This document shows, one piece after another, positions 6,403-15,535 of a stretch of 41,141 nt of DNA. Source of the stretch: Thermoplasmatota archaeon (GTDB lineage: Archaea; Thermoplasmatota; E2; DHVEG-1; B18-G2); contig JAPDJO010000012.1 of the NCBI GenBank assembly GCA_029259115.1, positions 1-41,141 of the forward strand, read 5' to 3'. Position numbers and translations under genes: made by a program. Every line of letters starts with the position of its first letter. Position 1 is the first letter of the stretch. The notes under the pieces were generated by a model. That model searched no databases and was not told where the DNA came from. It was given only the letters and a program-made list of their open reading frames with translations.

Positions 6403-8981
6403 GATATCTCTCTCATTATCTTCTCGTGCAATTCCATCAACCTTTCTCTCCTGTCTTTCATCAACACCACATCTGCCTCTCCTAGGACTATAAGGTTGTG
6501 AGCAAACGGTGATGGAATTTTTGTTTCTATGACTTTATACTTTATTTTCCCCTCCCTAATTTCCCTAAGTATATTATCTGCCCTCTTTACGTCCATCAAG
6601 TCTTCGAGTATCTCTCTATATGTCTCTTCTATTATTGGAAATTCTGGATCTATGGATTCGCATATCCTGATTAGTTTTTCAGCATTTATCTGCTGTTTCC
6701 TTACGCTTATCTTATGACCTTTATAGTTTTTTAGTATGAGGAAACCCCTTGCTGCACAGTGCCTGAACCTCCTCTTCATGAGTTCTGTTCTCCTTATGTT
6801 TTTCCTCAATGTCTCTCGTATATCAGTCTCTGTTGCCTCTTTTATCAACTTCTCTACATCAAGATTTCTTTCCTTGGATATCATAAGAGAGAAGCCATTA
6901 TCACTGACCGTTATCCTGACATCTGTTCTGAGTAATTTTCCTAAAACTATGGCAAACAATCTTGATAATGCATCATTGACTCTCCTTCCAAAGATAGTGT
7001 GAAATACGATTAGTTTCCTACCTTTGAGATCTCTGGTTATTTCAACAACTATTTTTCTGTGAGTAGGTATGATTTTGACATATCGGTATTGTGCCAAGAA
7101 GTAATCTTTTATGGCTTTCCTAGCCCTCTCATCTACTGGTAACTCTGTTATAATATCGTCTATCTTTTTATTCTTTCTCAGTCTTTTTTCAATTCTCTCC
7201 CTGAATTTTCCTATTTCTGTAGCCAGATCATAGCTTAATGGTAATAATTCTGAAAACCAAGCGGGAATGGTCGGGGATTCTTCTTTTCTTTCTTCTACAT
7301 AGCATCTCATCCCTCTTGCATATCTAAATTCAAATGTTCTTCCTCCTAGAACAAATATGTCTCCTTTTCTTAATCTCTCCAAAAAATCCTCTTCAATATC
7401 CCCAACATATCTCCTTGGATTTAAAGTAAAAACATCAACCTTCACCTCATCTGGTATTGTTCCCATATTAAGATAATATATAACCTTGGTGTATTTTCCT
7501 CTCCTGCCAAAAACCCCATCTCTCTCATCAAACCATATCTTTCCATAGACGCTTTGATGTTCAAGATCAGCATAATGTCCAGCTAGATAATGAAGGATGG
7601 AGAGGAATTTTTCATACGGGAAATCTCTATAGCAATAACTTCTCCTTATGAGATCAAACGCTTCTTTAACACTCCATTTCTTGTTCAATGCCATTCCAAC
7701 GATATGCTGAGATAAGACATCTATACAGTTTCTGGGAATATTGATCTCGTCAAGTTTTCTTTCTAAAACGCTCTTTAGCATCACACCGCACTCAACTAGA
7801 TCGTCTCTATCCATGCCTATGAGTATGCCCTTGGCAGTATCATTTAAGCTATGACCACTCCTTCCTATTCTTTGCACACATCTAGAAACAGATTTAGGAG
7901 AACCTATCTGAACAACAACATCTATATAGCCAATATCTATCCCCAGCTCAAGACTCGTAGATGATACGACTGCCTTGAGTTTTCCTTCTTTTAATTTGTT
8001 CTCAACGTCCCATCTTATCTCTCTAGATAAGGAGCCGTGATGGGCAGCTATTGTATCTTCATCGAATTTTCCGGATTTTTTAAGATGGTACACCACTCTC
8101 TCTGTACCTGATCTCGTGTTTGTGAACACAAGAGTGGTATGATGATTCTCGATTATTCTCTCGAGTTCTCTGTACATTAGATCGTTCAGCTTTTCAGCGT
8201 CGGTATATATTATATCATCGGTTGGACAGATAAGTCTAAGATCAAAAGGTTTAAACCATGTTACATCAACAATTGTACAATCTCTAGGTTCACCATCTTT
8301 AAATCCTACCAGAAATTTTGCTGCTTCTTCAATAGGATGTAGTGTAGCTCCAAGACCTATTCTTACAAATTCCTTTTTGCACATTTCTTGCAGTCTTTCC
8401 AGAGTTAATGTAAGATGAACTCCTCTTTTGCTAGATGCTAGCTCATGTATCTCATCTACAACAACCCATCTGATATCTTTTAACTTCTCGACAAATCTCC
8501 TAGAATTTAGAATTATAGCTAAGCTTTCTGGAGTTGTTATGAGTATGTGGGGAGGTTTCCTGAGTTGCTTTTGTTTTTCATATGGAGTTATATCTCCAGT
8601 TCTTATGCCTATCCTTATTTCCTTAATATGTTCCATTTCCTTACTTATCTCTCCCAAAGGCATCATCAAGTTCTTGTAAATGTCATTATCTAAAGCTCTT
8701 AAAGGACTAACATAAACACAATAGACCTTATCCTCTAGCCTCTTTTCCTTGCTCAGCTTAAATAACTCGCTCAGTATAACCATAAAAGCCGAGAATGTTT
8801 TCCCTGAGCCAGTTGGAGCGGTTATTATGACATTCTTACCTTCGGATATCAGTTTGAAAGAATATCTCTGCGGCGGCGTCAAGGTTTTGAATTTTCTTGT
8901 AAACCATCTCCTTATATCTTCGTCTAGACAAGATAGCGATTCTTCTTCACTCCATGGTTTCTTGAGAAACTCTATTGGCAT
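6399..8981 (-). CDS. lhr: Lhr-family ATP-dependent SF2 helicase
   Basis: APTGSGKT, PLRALDND, TTPESL, DEIH, HHGSLS, SLELGIDIG, QRIGRSGH, C-terminal PSPFA. Confidence 0.95.
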   Translation of the reverse strand: MPIEFLKKPWSEEESLSCLDEDIRRWFTRKFKTLTPPQRYSFKLISEGKNVIITAPTGSGKTFSAFMVILSELFKLSKEKRLEDKVYCVYVSPLRALDNDIYKNLMMPLGEISKEMEHIKEIRIGIRTGDITPYEKQKQLRKPPHILITTPESLAIILNSRRFVEKLKDIRWVVVDEIHELASSKRGVHLTLTLERLQEMCKKEFVRIGLGATLHPIEEAAKFLVGFKDGEPRDCTIVDVTWFKPFDLRLICPTDDIIYTDAEKLNDLMYRELERIIENHHTTLVFTNTRSGTERVVYHLKKSGKFDEDTIAAHHGSLSREIRWDVENKLKEGKLKAVVSSTSLELGIDIGYIDVVVQIGSPKSVSRCVQRIGRSGHSLNDTAKGILIGMDRDDLVECGVMLKSVLERKLDEINIPRNCIDVLSQHIVGMALNKKWSVKEAFDLIRRSYCYRDFPYEKFLSILHYLAGHYADLEHQSVYGKIWFDERDGVFGRRGKYTKVIYYLNMGTIPDEVKVDVFTLNPRRYVGDIEEDFLERLRKGDIFVLGGRTFEFRYARGMRCYVEERKEESPTIPAWFSELLPLSYDLATEIGKFRERIEKRLRKNKKIDDIITELPVDERARKAIKDYFLAQYRYVKIIPTHRKIVVEITRDLKGRKLIVFHTIFGRRVNDALSRLFAIVLGKLLRTDVRITVSDNGFSLMISKERNLDVEKLIKEATETDIRETLRKNIRRTELMKRRFRHCAARGFLILKNYKGHKISVRKQQINAEKLIRICESIDPEFPIIEETYREILEDLMDVKRADNILREIREGKIKYKVIETKIPSPFAHNLIVLGEADVVLMKDRRERLMELHEKIMREIS

Positions 8982-9081
8982 GAGGGGTTCGATAAATAAC
9001 GATTAAATTTATTAAGATAACCCAAGCTATATCGAAATCTTTCTGCAAAATTTTTAAACGTACAATTAGTTTATCCTTATA

Positions 9082-9182
9082 GTCGGGGTGGCTCAGCCTG
9101 GTTGGAGCGCCTGACTCATAAGCTCAGCTCGAGGGTTCGCTGGGAAATCAGGAGGTCGCGGGTTCAAATCCCGCCCCCGACA
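9082..9182 (+). tRNA. tRNA-Met (CAU, probably elongator) with a 26-nt intron (9121-9146) at 37/38
   Basis: Acceptor GTCGGGG/CCCCGAC plus A; anticodon stem CCTGA/TCAGG, CAT at 9117-9119. Bulge-helix-bulge: CTCA(9115-18)/TGGG(9141-44) with bulges TA^A and AA^A. Confidence 0.9.
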
Positions 9183-9184
9183 TC

Positions 9185-10402
9185 TTAGAATCTTTTCTCA
9201 TTCTCTCTCAACTTGTTCAGGTATATCTTCTCTACCTTCTCTGTATCTTGGTATTTCTTTATCTCTTCCTCGATCTCGATTGGAAGAGAGCCTTCTCTTA
9301 TTAATCTAGAAAGTTTGTAAACATCCACATCCGAAACGATCTCCCAGAGACCATGTTTCTTCAAAACTTCTTTTAGTTTCTCTCTTCTCTCATCATCTTT
9401 ATAGGGAAAAACAGGTCTAGTTCCCACAACTATCCTAGCTTTAGCTTTTGTTCCATATACCGTGTCTAGACCTTCTCTCTTGGCAAAATCTATCAGTTCC
9501 TTTCTCACTTTCTCGATCTCTTTATCAATCTCCATGAGTAGGTTTTCCTTTTTCTCTATAAGTTCGGCGTATTTATCTACAAGTTGGACACCTTTATCAG
9601 ATAGGAAGTCATCTAAAGTCTTTGCTTCTAGTTTATACCTATGCTTAAACTCTCCACATATGGGCTTATACTCACACCAATCACAAAGTATAGAAGGCTT
9701 TGCTGGAAACTCTTCTGATCTCTCTATTCTCTCTATTATATCTATAACCTTTTTCCTGAGGATTTCTAACTCTGCATCGTCTTTTTTTATCTCTATTTCC
9801 TTATCAAAAGCAAGGAAATGCCATATTAATCTTATATCATTCACATCAGGATATCTATCCTTTATACCTATAGCATATAGAGGGAGCTGTATATCTTTTT
9901 CTAGATATTCATTGATCGGCAAGGTCATGTTGGTCTTGTAGTCATGAATTTCGTATATGCCTCCATCTCTGTAAGCCAATCTATCTATGTATCCCTGTAT
10001 CTTGTATCTCCCTGTACCATCAAGATCCACAACTACTCTCTCTTCCAGTGCTATCGTTCTGGACTGATTAAAAGGATAGTATCTCTTGTAGTAATCTCTC
10101 ACAAATCTTTCAGCCATTTTCAAATAATTCTCAGGAGTATAATCTTTGTTGGTTATGATTATACCATCATTCCACTTTCTATCCCACTCTTTCCTCAAAA
10201 ACTCCAGAAGCTCATCTAAGCTATTCAATTTCTCATACATAAGATCCTTGTACAATTTTCTCAATGTTTCGTGAACTCTATTACCTGTAAACGACTCTAT
10301 AGTCTCTTTTATCTCTGTCTTTATCTTGTCTATGTATGCAAACTTATATTTCCTAGGACACTGAAGATAACAGTTTAGTTTTGAATAAGAATACACTGGC
10401 AT
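9185..10402 (-). CDS. PD-(D/E)XK RecB/Cas4-like nuclease with 4-Cys motif and C-terminal coiled-coil extension
   Basis: SYSKL..Y.QCPRKY, GNRVH, GYIDRL...IHDYKT, QLPLYA, CDWCEYKPIC. Confidence 0.85.
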   Translation of the reverse strand: MPVYSYSKLNCYLQCPRKYKFAYIDKIKTEIKETIESFTGNRVHETLRKLYKDLMYEKLNSLDELLEFLRKEWDRKWNDGIIITNKDYTPENYLKMAERFVRDYYKRYYPFNQSRTIALEERVVVDLDGTGRYKIQGYIDRLAYRDGGIYEIHDYKTNMTLPINEYLEKDIQLPLYAIGIKDRYPDVNDIRLIWHFLAFDKEIEIKKDDAELEILRKKVIDIIERIERSEEFPAKPSILCDWCEYKPICGEFKHRYKLEAKTLDDFLSDKGVQLVDKYAELIEKKENLLMEIDKEIEKVRKELIDFAKREGLDTVYGTKAKARIVVGTRPVFPYKDDERREKLKEVLKKHGLWEIVSDVDVYKLSRLIREGSLPIEIEEEIKKYQDTEKVEKIYLNKLRENEKRF

Positions 10403-10441
10403 TCGAAAAACGAAATCTATTCTTGGTATATTAATTATCCT

Positions 10442-10681
10442 CTATCTGAATATATCCCTTACAGATCTAGCGGTTTCGATCCATCTCAAAAAGGAATTAC
10501 AAGCTGCCCTCAAAGAGCTGGTGTCTTCCGATTCTATTCTCAGAATCATCTTGTTATCTATTCTATTGATACTAACCTTCGTTTTGGGTATCCTTTTCTT
10601 TACCTCAGGCTCTATTGATCTAAAAATTATATCAAGATCTCTTTCTTTCTCAAACTCTATTTCTATAACAGCGGATCTCAT
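10442..10681 (-). CDS. pcc1: KEOPS complex subunit Pcc1
   Basis: SIEPE...IESEDTSSLRAACNSFLRW; canonical position after rpoP. Confidence 0.9.
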   Translation of the reverse strand: MRSAVIEIEFEKERDLDIIFRSIEPEVKKRIPKTKVSINRIDNKMILRIESEDTSSLRAACNSFLRWIETARSVRDIFR

Positions 10682-10682
10682 C

Positions 10683-10823
10683 TTAACGGGCTTTAACCCT
10701 TTTAGCTATTGGTGGTCTTTCCTTATAGAATATCTTACTTCCGCAGTAAGGACATTGCAAACCTATGCTCTCGACATTCAAATCAACCTTCTTTTTACAG
10801 ACGCCACATCTATAGCTTACCAT
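10683..10823 (-). CDS. rpoP: RNA polymerase subunit Rpo12 (RpoP), 46 aa (not in ORF track)
   Basis: MVSYRCGVCKKKVDLNVESIGLQCPYCGSKIFYKERPPIAKRVKAR*; fills the gap between rpl37ae and pcc1. Confidence 0.95.
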   Translation of the reverse strand: MVSYRCGVCKKKVDLNVESIGLQCPYCGSKIFYKERPPIAKRVKAR

Positions 10824-10824
10824 C

Positions 10825-11091
10825 TTATTCCCTCGTTAAACCTAGAACCTTTTCTATATTTAAACTACTCTCGGTTCTCGGAACATAGGCGCCTCCAGCA
10901 AATATAGTCTCACATTTTCTGCACTTCCATATCCCTGCTCCAACCCTCTTTACCTTTTTGTGACCGCAAGAAGGACAAACGTGTTTCGCCCTTTGTATTA
11001 CCTCTATATCTCTGACTAGCTTTCTTATCCTAACTCCGTATCTTGACGAAAATCTTCCAGCAGGACCTACCTTTTTGGTTCTTCTTGCCAT
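10825..11091 (-). CDS. rpl37ae: 50S ribosomal protein L37Ae (eL43)
   Basis: RTKKVGPAGRF..RYG, CPSC...GIWKCRKC...FAGGAY. Confidence 0.96.
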   Translation of the reverse strand: MARRTKKVGPAGRFSSRYGVRIRKLVRDIEVIQRAKHVCPSCGHKKVKRVGAGIWKCRKCETIFAGGAYVPRTESSLNIEKVLGLTRE

Positions 11092-11092
11092 A

Positions 11093-11884
11093 CTATCTAC
11101 CTACTGTCTTTTCCAATACCTTCCTAATGCGAGCACCGTTATCTCTAGCTGATTTAATAATCTTTCTGACCTCATCTATGGTAAAACTACCTGGTAAACC
11201 TTTCTGCATTGCTCTTATATCCCCATTTTTATCAGTAGCTACAGTTAATCTAGCTTCTGCTATCATCTCTTCTTCCCAACAAGGATCTACAGCTACTACA
11301 CCACCATACTTGACAAAGGTGCATGAGATTGGGGGATCATTCTTTATTGGCAAAGGTTCATCTTCTCCTAGATCAAATCTTTCATTTGGTATCTTTGCCG
11401 TAAGCAGGGCAGCAAGCGCAGCAAGGGATGAGGCATCGAATAAATTGCCATCATAGTCAAGAATATGTATATCTACGAAAACAACCCACACCTTCTCTCC
11501 AGGCTCTATGCATAGTTTTTCAAGATCGATAACCTCCGTCTCTCTTATCCCTCTATCAACAACTCTAGCCAGTTCTATGGCATTCTCATCTGGAGGACCT
11601 GCCTCGAATTCTGGAGATGCCAGAGGAATTAACTCAGCATTTGTAGTTAAAACTCCGCTTTCTGGAGAATCTGGATAAGGCTCACCCATCTCAAGCTTGA
11701 CTCCAACTAAAACCTTTGTATTTCCGAGTTCTACTCTAGCTGATCCTTCTGCTTTCTTCACAAAATTCGTTTGGATCTTTAAGGGTCTATATTCGTCAAA
11801 TGCTCTACCGTCTATTCTCTTATTCGCCTGAGCAAGCTTATGAAGATACTTCCTCTTTATCTCTGATACAACGAGTTCACTCAT
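11093..11884 (-). CDS. rrp42: Exosome subunit Rrp42
   Basis: [49 protein letters not shown]. Confidence 0.96.
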   Translation of the reverse strand: MSELVVSEIKRKYLHKLAQANKRIDGRAFDEYRPLKIQTNFVKKAEGSARVELGNTKVLVGVKLEMGEPYPDSPESGVLTTNAELIPLASPEFEAGPPDENAIELARVVDRGIRETEVIDLEKLCIEPGEKVWVVFVDIHILDYDGNLFDASSLAALAALLTAKIPNERFDLGEDEPLPIKNDPPISCTFVKYGGVVAVDPCWEEEMIAEARLTVATDKNGDIRAMQKGLPGSFTIDEVRKIIKSARDNGARIRKVLEKTVGR

Positions 11885-12620
11885 TTTCCCTGTTCACCTC
11901 CTTCGTGTATTTTTTTAGTAAGGCTTCCCTCTGTAATTTTGATACTATCTCGCAACCTTTTAATGCAAGCTCCAAAGCTTCATCGAATTCTTTTGGAGTT
12001 AAATGTCCATCCATCTGTAACAAAAGTATCTCTTTTTTCCTCGGAGCTATGGCTACAGGAAGATCTGCCTCACCATAATTATCCTCTTCCTTGCAGAGAT
12101 CAAGGACAACATGACCATCTACTTTCCCAGCCGAGCAGGCTACGGGTATGTCTCTCATAGGTATTCCAGCGTCAGCGAGCGCAACAGCAGCCGCAGTTAG
12201 TCCAGCACACCTTGTACCTGCATCCGCATCCAGAACCTCTATGTTTATATCAATTGTAGCCCTAGGTAACTTCTCAACCATTATTATATTTTCCAAAGCC
12301 TCTCCTATAACCTTCGATATTTCTATGCTTCTCCTATCTGGTCCGGGGCGCTTTCTTTCCTCTACACTAAAAGATGCCATGTTGTAGCGAGCATTGACTA
12401 TCGCCTTCAACGGATGCTGTTCATGTCTTGGAAGAGTTTCCTTTGGTCCATAAACAGCTGCAATGATTTTGTTGTTTCCCCATTCTATATAGCATGAACC
12501 ATCAGCTCTATGCAAAGGACCTGCCTCTATCTTTATTGGTCTGAGTTCATCAAATTTCCTTCCATCAATTCTTCTTCCATTCTCATCTATAAGTTTGATA
12601 TCCTCGGGTTTTTTTGACAT
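11877..12620 (-). CDS. rrp41: Exosome subunit Rrp41
   Basis: [52 protein letters not shown]. Confidence 0.96.
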   Translation of the reverse strand: MSKKPEDIKLIDENGRRIDGRKFDELRPIKIEAGPLHRADGSCYIEWGNNKIIAAVYGPKETLPRHEQHPLKAIVNARYNMASFSVEERKRPGPDRRSIEISKVIGEALENIIMVEKLPRATIDINIEVLDADAGTRCAGLTAAAVALADAGIPMRDIPVACSAGKVDGHVVLDLCKEEDNYGEADLPVAIAPRKKEILLLQMDGHLTPKEFDEALELALKGCEIVSKLQREALLKKYTKEVNRENE

Positions 12621-12624
12621 CAAA

Positions 12625-13305
12625 TCACTCTCCCTTTAAAAGAGCTATCACTCTTTCCGTTAACCCATATGTGTGAGCTTCTCTCTCTATGAGCCTAATA
12701 GCTCTCTCTATCTTTTGAATAGCATCAGGATTCCCATCTACCCATATCCTACCATTTCTACCAACAAATATTCTACAGTTCGTATATCTCTTTAATGCCG
12801 TTATCATGGATGCATTTTTCCCTATTATCCTCGGAACTTTTGTTGGCTCTGTCTCAATTAAGGTTCCCCCATTTATCTTGTGAAGACCTCTATCCTTTAA
12901 TGTTATCTGAACTTTGTCCGGATCTCCAGCCGATTTAATTTTTGCTAGAATGACGTCACCATAGTTGAGAAACTTTGATGTATTTCCTATCTCTACAAAC
13001 CAAGGAACCTCATTTATATGTAGAAAAGCGGGATATATTGAGTTGATATCAACCATCCAAACAGCAGCCCCAACCTCTATAACTATACCAACAACAACAT
13101 CTCCAGCTTTTGGTTCGTATTTTCCTCGAAGTGGTGTGATAGTTACAACTCCATCCTTCACGTTTAGTATCCCTAGTCTCTCTGCGTATATCTTACCATC
13201 CTCAACAAATGTTCCTGTCCCTGGCTTGAGTTTTTTTGCATCACCTATAAGTTGGCTTGGAAGGACAAGCTCCCTTGTCTCTTTCTTCTCTTTAGGCATA
13301 TCCAT
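12625..13305 (-). CDS. rrp4: Exosome RNA-binding subunit Rrp4
   Basis: S1 and KH domains ([28 protein letters not shown]); TGATG coupling to the SBDS stop. Confidence 0.93.
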   Translation of the reverse strand: MDMPKEKKETRELVLPSQLIGDAKKLKPGTGTFVEDGKIYAERLGILNVKDGVVTITPLRGKYEPKAGDVVVGIVIEVGAAVWMVDINSIYPAFLHINEVPWFVEIGNTSKFLNYGDVILAKIKSAGDPDKVQITLKDRGLHKINGGTLIETEPTKVPRIIGKNASMITALKRYTNCRIFVGRNGRIWVDGNPDAIQKIERAIRLIEREAHTYGLTERVIALLKGE

Positions 13306-14000
13306 CAACTCAATAACTTTGTTTCAACATTTCCCTTGGTAATATCATTAATCTTATCATAAAACTCAGTTTGCAATCCTGCAGGTATCTGAATGATACC
13401 TACCCATGATCCATCCGATTGCCACTCCTCTTTTATCAACGTACCAAAACTTCTGACTAAGCCATATGCTTTTCCTATATGTGTAGCCGGTATCTTGACA
13501 GATATTCTCACCTGTTCCATGGATATTGGTAAGATAGGTCTTATCTTCTCAACAACTTCCTTTACCTGTTGATCTACAGGTTTGAATGGATCTATATGAA
13601 CTCCAGCCTCTTCTATCGCTAATTCTATCCTCTTTCTTGGATGCGGAGCCTTTGTCCTTGGATCCATAGCATTCTTAGCTATTATCTCAACTATCTGATT
13701 GAATTTTCTTTTCTGCATCTCATGCCTCTGCTCGGTGGTTAGTTGGATATTTCCCCTCAATATAATCTGCTTTGCAACCTCTGCTATATCTGTCGTTCCA
13801 AAACATTTCTGTATCGCTTCCTCAGATGCTCTCTCTCCTTTTCTCGCATCCTTGAAAACCTCATCCACTGCTAGGCTTGATAGTATATCAATCTCTTTTC
13901 CATCTATCAGATCTGCAGCTGCTTTCGGGTCAACGAGTATCTCGAAGTGATTATCTCCGATGGTTAATCTTGCTATAACAGCCTTTTCCAGGCTGGTCAC
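13305..14000 (-). CDS. Ribosome maturation factor SBDS/Sdo1
   Basis: FEILVDP, VFKDARKGERAS, IQLTTEQR, PHPRKRIELA, EEWQSDGSW. Confidence 0.95.
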   Translation of the reverse strand: MTSLEKAVIARLTIGDNHFEILVDPKAAADLIDGKEIDILSSLAVDEVFKDARKGERASEEAIQKCFGTTDIAEVAKQIILRGNIQLTTEQRHEMQKRKFNQIVEIIAKNAMDPRTKAPHPRKRIELAIEEAGVHIDPFKPVDQQVKEVVEKIRPILPISMEQVRISVKIPATHIGKAYGLVRSFGTLIKEEWQSDGSWVGIIQIPAGLQTEFYDKINDITKGNVETKLLS

Positions 14001-14001
14001 C

Positions 14002-14724
14002 CTACACTCCTCCCAAAGCCTTCTTTATGTACTCCTTTGTTTCCTCAGGTGAAAGCTTTCTAAACTTCCTAGAAGAGTCGACAATTCCTATTTCTATAGC
14101 ATCTGGATTTATCTTACCTTCCACACCCTTACTCAAGGCTTTTAGGCCAAGTATTATCGCTTCATCCTTATCTATGTCTTCCTTGTAATGCTTTTCAAAG
14201 TAAGCTATAACGCCATCTCTTCCTGCTCCCTCGCTTGTCGCTTTGTACTCTATCATAGCTCCAGATGGATCGGTTGAGAATAATCTTGGACCGCTATCAT
14301 CTACGCCTGCTATAAGCAAGGCTGTTCCAAAAGGTCTCACTCCCCCATATTGAGTATAGGTCTGTTTAAAGTCACATATCCTTTTAACTAAGGTCTTGAT
14401 CTCTATCTTTCTGTTGAATGTTATTTCATTAATCTGGGCATCGACTCTTGCTCTATCAACCAAGACCCTTGCATCAGCTACTAACCCAGAGGTAGCACAT
14501 CCTATATGATCATCTATCTGAAACATCTTCTCTATAGACTGAGGTTCTATCAGGCGAGAGGTTATCCTCTTATCGACTATCAGAACAACGCCATCCCTAT
14601 ACTTCAGCCCTACAGTAGTTGTTCCTCTCTTTACAGCCTCTCTTGCATACTCAACTTGAAATAGCCTTCCATCTGGAGAAAATACCGTTATCGCTCTGTC
14701 GTATGCCATATTTGATGGTTGCAT
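14002..14724 (-). CDS. psmA: Proteasome alpha subunit
   Basis: [39 protein letters not shown]. The ATG at 14724 follows GAGGTGA. Confidence 0.97.
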   Translation of the reverse strand: MQPSNMAYDRAITVFSPDGRLFQVEYAREAVKRGTTTVGLKYRDGVVLIVDKRITSRLIEPQSIEKMFQIDDHIGCATSGLVADARVLVDRARVDAQINEITFNRKIEIKTLVKRICDFKQTYTQYGGVRPFGTALLIAGVDDSGPRLFSTDPSGAMIEYKATSEGAGRDGVIAYFEKHYKEDIDKDEAIILGLKALSKGVEGKINPDAIEIGIVDSSRKFRKLSPEETKEYIKKALGGV

Positions 14725-14786
14725 ATCCTTAATCACCTCTCAAACTCTACCAGAAATATGTAATCTAGGTATATACTTTTTGCAGG

Positions 14787-15485
14787 TTATGCCCTAACTA
14801 CAACCTCCTTTATATACCTTTTGCACTCTAGAGATATCTCTCTCAAAAAATCTCTCTCATATGGCTTCACTTTTCTCAACTCTTTGCTCATCGCATTCTC
14901 TGGATTGAATTGTTGTATGGCAAATCTCTTAGCTGGCGATAAGAACTTGGATATTTCTATTACATCTCTAGCGGTGAGAAATGTAGGAACTACCGTTGTT
15001 CTGAACTCATAATCTAAACCTGAATTTTTTATTGTATCTATGCTCTTTTCTATCCTTTTAATATCTACCCTCACGCCTGCCAACCTGCTGTATATCTCTT
15101 TTTCAAGGGGAGCCTTCACATCCATAGCTATGTAATCCACGAGCCCTTTGTCTATGAGGTGGGATAATTTGTCTGGATTGTATCCGTTAGTGTCTATCTT
15201 GATTTTCATACCTATCTCCTTCAGTCTTCTGCATAGATTTTCAAGATCCTTAAACAGTGTAGGCTCTCCACCTGTTATGACCACGCCATCGATGAAATCT
15301 GAGTTTTCAACAAGATATTTCTCTATCTCCTTGTAATCTATATCTGGATATTTATCTGGATTTAAAATCAAACCGTAGTTATGACACATTGGGCATCTAA
15401 AGTTGCAATTCGGAAGAAAAAGAACGGATGTTATGTTTCCGTCCCAGTCAACCAGAGATGTTTTTATAAAGCCTTTTATTCCCAT
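14787..15485 (-). CDS. nrdG: Anaerobic ribonucleotide reductase activating protein (radical SAM)
   Basis: SLVDWDG, CNFRCPMCHN, ITGGEPT, DTNG, YIAMDVKAP, EFRTT; downstream of nrdD. The ATG at 15485 has SD GGTGA. Confidence 0.9.
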   Translation of the reverse strand: MGIKGFIKTSLVDWDGNITSVLFLPNCNFRCPMCHNYGLILNPDKYPDIDYKEIEKYLVENSDFIDGVVITGGEPTLFKDLENLCRRLKEIGMKIKIDTNGYNPDKLSHLIDKGLVDYIAMDVKAPLEKEIYSRLAGVRVDIKRIEKSIDTIKNSGLDYEFRTTVVPTFLTARDVIEISKFLSPAKRFAIQQFNPENAMSKELRKVKPYERDFLREISLECKRYIKEVVVRA

Positions 15486-15501
15486 TGGATCACCATAAAT
15501 G

Positions 15502-15523
15502 GGGAGAGGGTCTCCCCTCTCCC
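15502..15523 (-). other. GNRA-capped RNA hairpin between nrdD and nrdG
   Basis: mRNA strand GGGAGAGGG-GAGA-CCCTCTCCC: perfect 9-bp stem, GAGA tetraloop. Confidence 0.65.
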
Positions 15524-15535
15524 ACCTCCACGCTC

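Noticed and set aside
9185-10402. CRISPR-Cas system suggested by the Cas4-like gene
   Set aside because: No repeat-spacer array or other cas genes were seen in the window.
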